This document shows positions 28,072 through 32,000 of a DNA stretch of 32,000 nt, one piece after another; position 1 is the first letter of the stretch, and each line of letters starts with the position of its first letter. The stretch lies in the NCBI RefSeq assembly GCF_000015025.1, contig NC_008578.1, forward strand, positions 330,001-362,000. The letters run 5' to 3'. This stretch comes from Acidothermus cellulolyticus 11B (lineage in GTDB: Bacteria; Actinomycetota; Actinomycetes; Acidothermales; Acidothermaceae). Made by a program: the position numbers and the translations under genes. A model generated the notes under the pieces. It saw only the letters and a program-made list of their open reading frames with translations. It was not told the origin of the DNA and did not search any database.

Positions 28072-28152
28072 GGCCTCCGGCGCGGGTTAGTGCTGAGAGG
28101 CCTCCGGCGCGGCTTGGCACGGAGTGGCCTCCGGCGCGGCTTGGGACCGAGC
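28072..28152. repeat. 27-bp tandem repeat, 3 copies, in the MarR/MMPL intergenic region
   Basis: ggcctccggcgcgggttagtgctgaga / ggcctccggcgcggcttggcacggagt / ggcctccggcgcggcttgggaccgagc. The first 14 nt are identical in all three copies. Confidence 0.9.
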
Positions 28153-28169
28153 CGACGGGGCGCAGGCGG

Positions 28170-28230
28170 CCGGCACGGCACCAGGCAATCCCCGGCACGG
28201 CACCAGGCAATCCCCGGCACGGCACCCGGC
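28170..28230. repeat. 22-bp tandem repeat, 2 perfect copies plus a 17-nt partial copy
   Basis: ccggcacggcaccaggcaatcc occurs at 28170-28191 and 28192-28213. The partial copy ccggcacggcacccggc is at 28214-28230 with one mismatch. Confidence 0.9.
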
Positions 28231-28290
28231 TAGGTAGGACGCAAACCGGCTTCGTACGACACCCAGTCGCGGGAGCGCGCACCGCCCGAT

Positions 28291-28310
28291 ATGCTCAGCA
28301 TGCTGAGCAT
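28291..28310. promoter_or_regulatory. perfect 20-bp palindrome abutting the MMPL Shine-Dalgarno, a candidate MarR operator or RBS-proximal hairpin
   Basis: atgctcagcatgctgagcat is its own reverse complement. It ends 3 nt before GGAGG (28314-28318) and 12 nt before GTG 28323. A TAnnnT hexamer, tatgct, overlaps its left edge (28290-28295). Confidence 0.55.
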
Positions 28311-28322
28311 TGTGGAGGTGCC

Positions 28323-30479
28323 GTGACGGGCAACAAAGTGAGGCGGCTTGTCGTCGCCGGTTTCGCCGTGCTGGTGGTTGGATTGGCCGGTGGGCCGTTT
28401 CAAGGCAAACTCAGTACGGTCCAACGCAACGGTGACACGGCATTTCTCCCGGCCTCCGCGGCATCGACACAGGTGGCCGTCGCTGCTAAAGCATTTGGTC
28501 AAAGCGACCTGCCCGGCTCGGTGGTGTTCTACCGCCCGGGTGGTTTGCGCTCCAACGACATTGACCAGCTCACCGGCATCGCCGAGCGGCTGAAATCCTT
28601 GCCCGGTGTGGCCGGCGCGCAAGTGTCCGGACCGCAGCTCTCACCGGATCGCGAGCTCGCCGTCATCTCCGTGCCGTTGCAGACCGTTCCGAACGGCACG
28701 GCGGCCGACGACCGCGCGTTGGTCAACAACGAGAAGCGAGTCGTCGCAACCGCCAAATCGTTGGCTCCCCGCGGGGTAATCGTGCACGGCGCTGGAGTAG
28801 CCGGTCAATTGACGGCGGTCGTCGACGCGTTCAGCGGCCTGGAGAGCACACTGCTCTTTGTCGCCGTCGGTGTCGTCATTCTCATTCTGTTGGCGGTCTA
28901 TCGCAGCCCGGTGCTCTGGATTTTTCCCTTGCTGAGTGCGCTGCTCGCCTTGGGTGCCGCCGCGCTCGTCGCTTATCCGCTGGCCCGGCACGGCGTGCTC
29001 ACTCTCAACGGCCAGAGCCAGGGAATACTCTCGGTTCTCGTCATCGGAGCAGGTACCGACTACGCTCTCTTGCTCATCAGCCGGTACCGCGAGGAATTGC
29101 ATCGCTACCCGGACCGCGGGGAGGCGCTCTGGGCTGCGTGGCGCGGGGCGGTACGCCCGATCGTCGCGTCGGCGGCGACGGTCATCTGCGGTCTGCTCTG
29201 CCTTCTCCTTGGCGAATTGAATTCGGACCGCAGTCTGGGACCGGTCTGTGCGATCGGAATCGCGGCAACCGCCGTGGTGATGCTCACCGTACTGCCTCTG
29301 TTCCTCCTTCTCGGCCGATGGATTTTCTGGCCGCGGGTGCCGCGGGCCGACCAGCCAGCGGACGTTAGCGGGCGGGCGATGGACGCCGTCTCGCCTCTCT
29401 GGACGCGCCTGAGCGACCGCATCCTGAGAGCGAATCGGCCGCTGTGGATCGGCAGCACCGTCGTTCTCGCCGGTCTGGCCGTCGGCATCGTGACCCTCGA
29501 TGCGAGCGGCATCCCAGCCGGCGACGCTTTTACCCGGACTCCGGACGCCGTCGTCGGCCAGCGCTTGGTGGACACGCATTTTCCGGCCGGAAACAACGCG
29601 CCGGTCCTCGTCGTCGCGGATGTTGGACAGGCGCCGCAGGTCATTGAGATCCTTCGACGGACACCGGGTGTCGCACCGGCGACCGCTTGCATTGCCGTTG
29701 ATTACGGAAAACTCGCTGCTGCCGCCGCCGGATCACCCCCTTCCGCGTCCCGATCCGCGGGTTGCCCGCCGCCGCAGTATCAGGTCAGCCCGGTGAACGA
29801 CCGGATTCTCATGACGGCGTCGCTTACCGTCCCGTACGACAGTACGGCCGCATTTGACACGATCCGCTCGATACGGCAGGCTCTCGCACGTGTCCCGGCG
29901 GCGCACGCGCGTGTGGGCGGCCAGACGGCCATCACGTTGGACACCCTGGACGCGGCGGCTCATGACCGCAATCTCGTCATCCCGGTTGTCCTCGTGGTAA
30001 TCACCGTGATTCTCGGGCTCGTGCTCCGCGCCCTTCCCGCGGCGCTTCTGCTGCTCGCCACCGTTGTGCTCTCCTTTGCGGCAACACTCGGCGTTTGCGC
30101 GCTGGTTTTCCGGAACATTTTTCACTTTCCGGCAACAGATCCGTCTTTCCCGCTGTACGCGTTCATCTTTCTCGTCGCCCTCGGTGTCGACTACAACATC
30201 TTTCTTCTCACGCGCGTCCGCGAGGAGATTCTGCGGCTCGACCTTCGAGGCGGCATTGCGCGCGGTCTGGCGGCCACCGGTGGCGTGATCACTTCCGCAG
30301 GGATCGTTCTCGCCGCCACCTTTGCGGTACTCGGCGTGGTGCCCCTGGTGGCGCTCGTGCAGGTCGGCTTTGCGGTAGCGTTCGGTGTTCTCCTCGACAC
30401 GATGGTGGTGCGCGCAGTGCTGGTGCCCGCGTTGTTGTCGGATGTCGGGCCGCGGGCGTGGTGGCCGACCCGCGTTTAG
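28323..30479 (+). CDS. MMPL family (RND superfamily) membrane transporter
   Basis: Within ORF 27996..30479, GTG 28323 lies 4 nt after GGAGG. The N-terminal TM is RRLVVAGFAVLVVGLAGG. There are two blocks of about six TM segments separated by soluble loops, and GTDYALLLISRYREEL / GVDYNIFLLTRVREE are the duplicated MMPL signature (718 aa). Confidence 0.87.
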   Translation: MTGNKVRRLVVAGFAVLVVGLAGGPFQGKLSTVQRNGDTAFLPASAASTQVAVAAKAFGQSDLPGSVVFYRPGGLRSNDIDQLTGIAERLKSLPGVAGAQVSGPQLSPDRELAVISVPLQTVPNGTAADDRALVNNEKRVVATAKSLAPRGVIVHGAGVAGQLTAVVDAFSGLESTLLFVAVGVVILILLAVYRSPVLWIFPLLSALLALGAAALVAYPLARHGVLTLNGQSQGILSVLVIGAGTDYALLLISRYREELHRYPDRGEALWAAWRGAVRPIVASAATVICGLLCLLLGELNSDRSLGPVCAIGIAATAVVMLTVLPLFLLLGRWIFWPRVPRADQPADVSGRAMDAVSPLWTRLSDRILRANRPLWIGSTVVLAGLAVGIVTLDASGIPAGDAFTRTPDAVVGQRLVDTHFPAGNNAPVLVVADVGQAPQVIEILRRTPGVAPATACIAVDYGKLAAAAAGSPPSASRSAGCPPPQYQVSPVNDRILMTASLTVPYDSTAAFDTIRSIRQALARVPAAHARVGGQTAITLDTLDAAAHDRNLVIPVVLVVITVILGLVLRALPAALLLLATVVLSFAATLGVCALVFRNIFHFPATDPSFPLYAFIFLVALGVDYNIFLLTRVREEILRLDLRGGIARGLAATGGVITSAGIVLAATFAVLGVVPLVALVQVGFAVAFGVLLDTMVVRAVLVPALLSDVGPRAWWPTRV

Positions 30480-31171
30480 CCGGCAAGGCGGGCAAAGACC
30501 ACGATATTCGAAAGATAGTGCCCGGTGTGGCGGTCGAACGCGCCGCCGCAGGTGATGAGCCGGATTTCCGGATCCGGCGTCGGTCCATAAACTAAGGCGG
30601 TCGGGAAGAAATCTTTCTGATATTCGCGTACGGCGTAGACGGTGAACGACACGGCGGATCCGTCTGTGCGGGCCACGGTAATCACGTCGCCGTTGCGCAA
30701 CGCGCCCAATCGAAAGAAGACGCCTGGGCCGGAATGAGCGGAATCCACGTGCCCGAGCAATACCGCTGGGCCGATCTGACCGGGAGCCGGTCCCAAGCGG
30801 TACCACCCGACGTGTTGCACGTCCGCGGGGACTTGAATTTCGCCGTTCGGTTGGAGTCCCAGCGGGATGACCGAGGCGTGAACGCCGATCGCCGGAATGT
30901 CAACGGATACAGGAGGCGGCGCGGGAGCCGTGTTCGTCGCCTGGGCGGATGCGGACGCGGCCGGCGGCGTCGACGCCGTGGACGGCGGTTCGTGGTTGCC
31001 GGGTGATGCGGGCGGCGCAGGGATTACCACCGGTGCGTGGGCAATGGCCGGCGGTGGTTGCGGCGCAGAACGCTGCGCCGCAACGCCAATGCCAAGACAG
31101 ACCGCGCCCGTGACGAACATGGTGGACGCCGCCACCAGCAGGTGACGGCGTCCACCACGGAGTGAAGGCAT
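30476..31171 (-). CDS. class F sortase (membrane-anchored cysteine transpeptidase)
   Basis: 231 aa with an N-terminal anchor RRHLLVAASTMFVTGAVCLGIGVAA and a Pro/Ala linker. The catalytic contexts are VLLGHVDS (His), IRLITCGG (Cys) and NIVVFARL (Arg). SVDIPAIGVHASVIPLG is typical of class F. Confidence 0.8.
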   Translation of the reverse strand: MPSLRGGRRHLLVAASTMFVTGAVCLGIGVAAQRSAPQPPPAIAHAPVVIPAPPASPGNHEPPSTASTPPAASASAQATNTAPAPPPVSVDIPAIGVHASVIPLGLQPNGEIQVPADVQHVGWYRLGPAPGQIGPAVLLGHVDSAHSGPGVFFRLGALRNGDVITVARTDGSAVSFTVYAVREYQKDFFPTALVYGPTPDPEIRLITCGGAFDRHTGHYLSNIVVFARLAG

Positions 31172-31186
31172 CTGTTTAGATTTTGC

Positions 31187-31966
31187 TTACTCAGTAAGGT
31201 GATCCCGGCGCCGGATCGCAGCGGCGACACCGAGACCGCCTGCGGCGACGAGCGCGGCACCGATACCGAGCAGCTGCACATCCTGCAGTCCGGCTGTCGA
31301 ACCGCCACCGGTGGCGGCGCCGCCGCTCGGCACCGTTGACATTTGCGAGGCGACAAGCGTGCCGCACAGGGCGGGGTCGGTCGCTTCAGCCGGCAGGCTG
31401 GGGTCGAGTTCGCTCGGGCCGAGAACGTCGTCCCACTTGCCGTTTCCGTTGTAGTCAATGCCGTGCACGACGATGCTGGCCTGACCGTTACGGATGGCCT
31501 GCGCGTCGGCTGCGCTGATGGTGAAGGTGCGGTCATACGTGAACGACGATCCGGTCGGCATCCGATCCACCGCCAGTGCGCTCTGGTCGCTGGTGTCACC
31601 CGAGGTGGTGAGCGAAATCATTACCATGCCGTACTTCGGTGCGCCGTCCATGACGTCGATGGAGAGATGTCCGTTGTGCTGCTTGGCGTCCGCGGCCGTC
31701 GGGCAGGCGCCCTTCCCGGACGTCACGATGTGGATGTGCTGCGCGTGCGGCACACCGCCGAGCAGGCCGCTGACCGTCTCATGGACGGTAATTGTCGTGC
31801 CGTTCAACGTGACGGTCGCCGAACCGGAACCCGTCACATTGTTGGTCGGTACGGGTTGCAGGTTGGCCATGAACGTCTGTGTGGTTTGCGCACTCGCGGT
31901 AGCCAGTGGAGCAGCGGCGAGCGCCGCTACGGCGAATGGCGCGAGCAGGAACAGGTGCTTGCGCAC
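31187..31966 (-). CDS. secreted CHRD-domain-like protein with a C-terminal TM segment and positive tail
   Basis: GTG 31966 follows AAGGAGG. Signal peptide MRKHLFLLAPFAVAALAAAPLATASA. CHRD-like FMANLQPVPTNNVTGSGSATVTLNG...HAQHIHI...IVVHGIDYNGNGKWD. The C-terminus is VPSGGAATGGGSTAG, then LLGIGAALVAAGGLGVAAAI, then RRRD (259 aa). Confidence 0.7.
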   Translation of the reverse strand: MRKHLFLLAPFAVAALAAAPLATASAQTTQTFMANLQPVPTNNVTGSGSATVTLNGTTITVHETVSGLLGGVPHAQHIHIVTSGKGACPTAADAKQHNGHLSIDVMDGAPKYGMVMISLTTSGDTSDQSALAVDRMPTGSSFTYDRTFTISAADAQAIRNGQASIVVHGIDYNGNGKWDDVLGPSELDPSLPAEATDPALCGTLVASQMSTVPSGGAATGGGSTAGLQDVQLLGIGAALVAAGGLGVAAAIRRRDHLTE

Positions 31967-32000
31967 GGTACCTCCTTCAAGGGGTCGAAGCTTCCTGACG

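Noticed and set aside
28072-28230. The tandem repeats as a CRISPR array
   Set aside because: The units are contiguous with no unique spacers, there are only 3 and about 2.8 copies, the periods are 27 and 22 bp, and no cas genes are nearby.
27996-28322. 109-codon N-terminal extension of the MMPL ORF, which would translate the tandem repeats as RPPAR... peptides
   Set aside because: It would overlap the MarR start. There is no SD at 27996, whereas GGAGG sits 4 nt before GTG 28323. The product from 28323 begins with the short cytoplasmic segment plus TM1 typical of MMPL proteins.
28641-30806. Minus-strand ORFs 28641..29579 (312 aa) and 29733..30806 (357 aa)
   Set aside because: They are antisense to the MMPL gene, which has the duplicated MMPL signature and TM pattern. 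The second also runs out of frame through the sortase gene.

Overview
GC-rich (by eye about two thirds G+C, not computed) Actinomycetota chromosome segment. About 80% of it is the core ribosomal-protein superoperon, all on the + strand. The S10 block is the 3' end of rpsJ, then rplC-rplD-rplW-rplB-rpsS-rplV-rpsC-rplP-rpmC-rpsQ. The spc block is rplN-rplX-rplE-rpsN(type Z)-rpsH-rplF-rplR-rpsE-rpmD-rplO-secY-adk-map. The alpha block is infA-rpmJ-rpsM-rpsK-rpsD-rpoA-rplQ-truA. Many junctions have overlapping stop and start codons (ATGA, GTGA, TAGTG), which implies translational coupling. After a 3.4-kb non-housekeeping insert (17864-21309) the conserved order resumes with rplM-rpsI-glmM-glmS-nnr. 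The insert holds a minus-strand pair (RHH-domain protein plus DUF4097-like beta-repeat protein) and, divergently, a DrrAB-like ABC exporter. The two operons are joined by a palindrome-centred bidirectional promoter and a repeat-laden leader. The last 4.5 kb is accessory envelope biology. It contains a divergent MarR/MMPL pair whose 275-bp intergenic region is almost filled by two tandem-repeat arrays and a perfect 20-bp palindrome, and a minus-strand operon of a secreted CHRD-like protein with a class F sortase. Other points: long acidic Ala/Pro/Glu/Thr tails on uL22, uS3 and bL17, and a Cys4 (zinc-ribbon-like) bL24 alongside Cys-containing uS14, bL36, uS4 and Adk. I saw no rRNA, tRNA, CRISPR array, transposase or integrase. 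The many long antisense or out-of-frame ORFs in the track are high-GC artefacts. The best candidates for something undescribed are the RHH/DUF4097/ABC module with its promoter architecture, the MarR-MMPL repeat region, and the sortase F/CHRD pair, whose candidate substrate lacks LPXTG. All family assignments come from motif recognition by eye; no searches were run.
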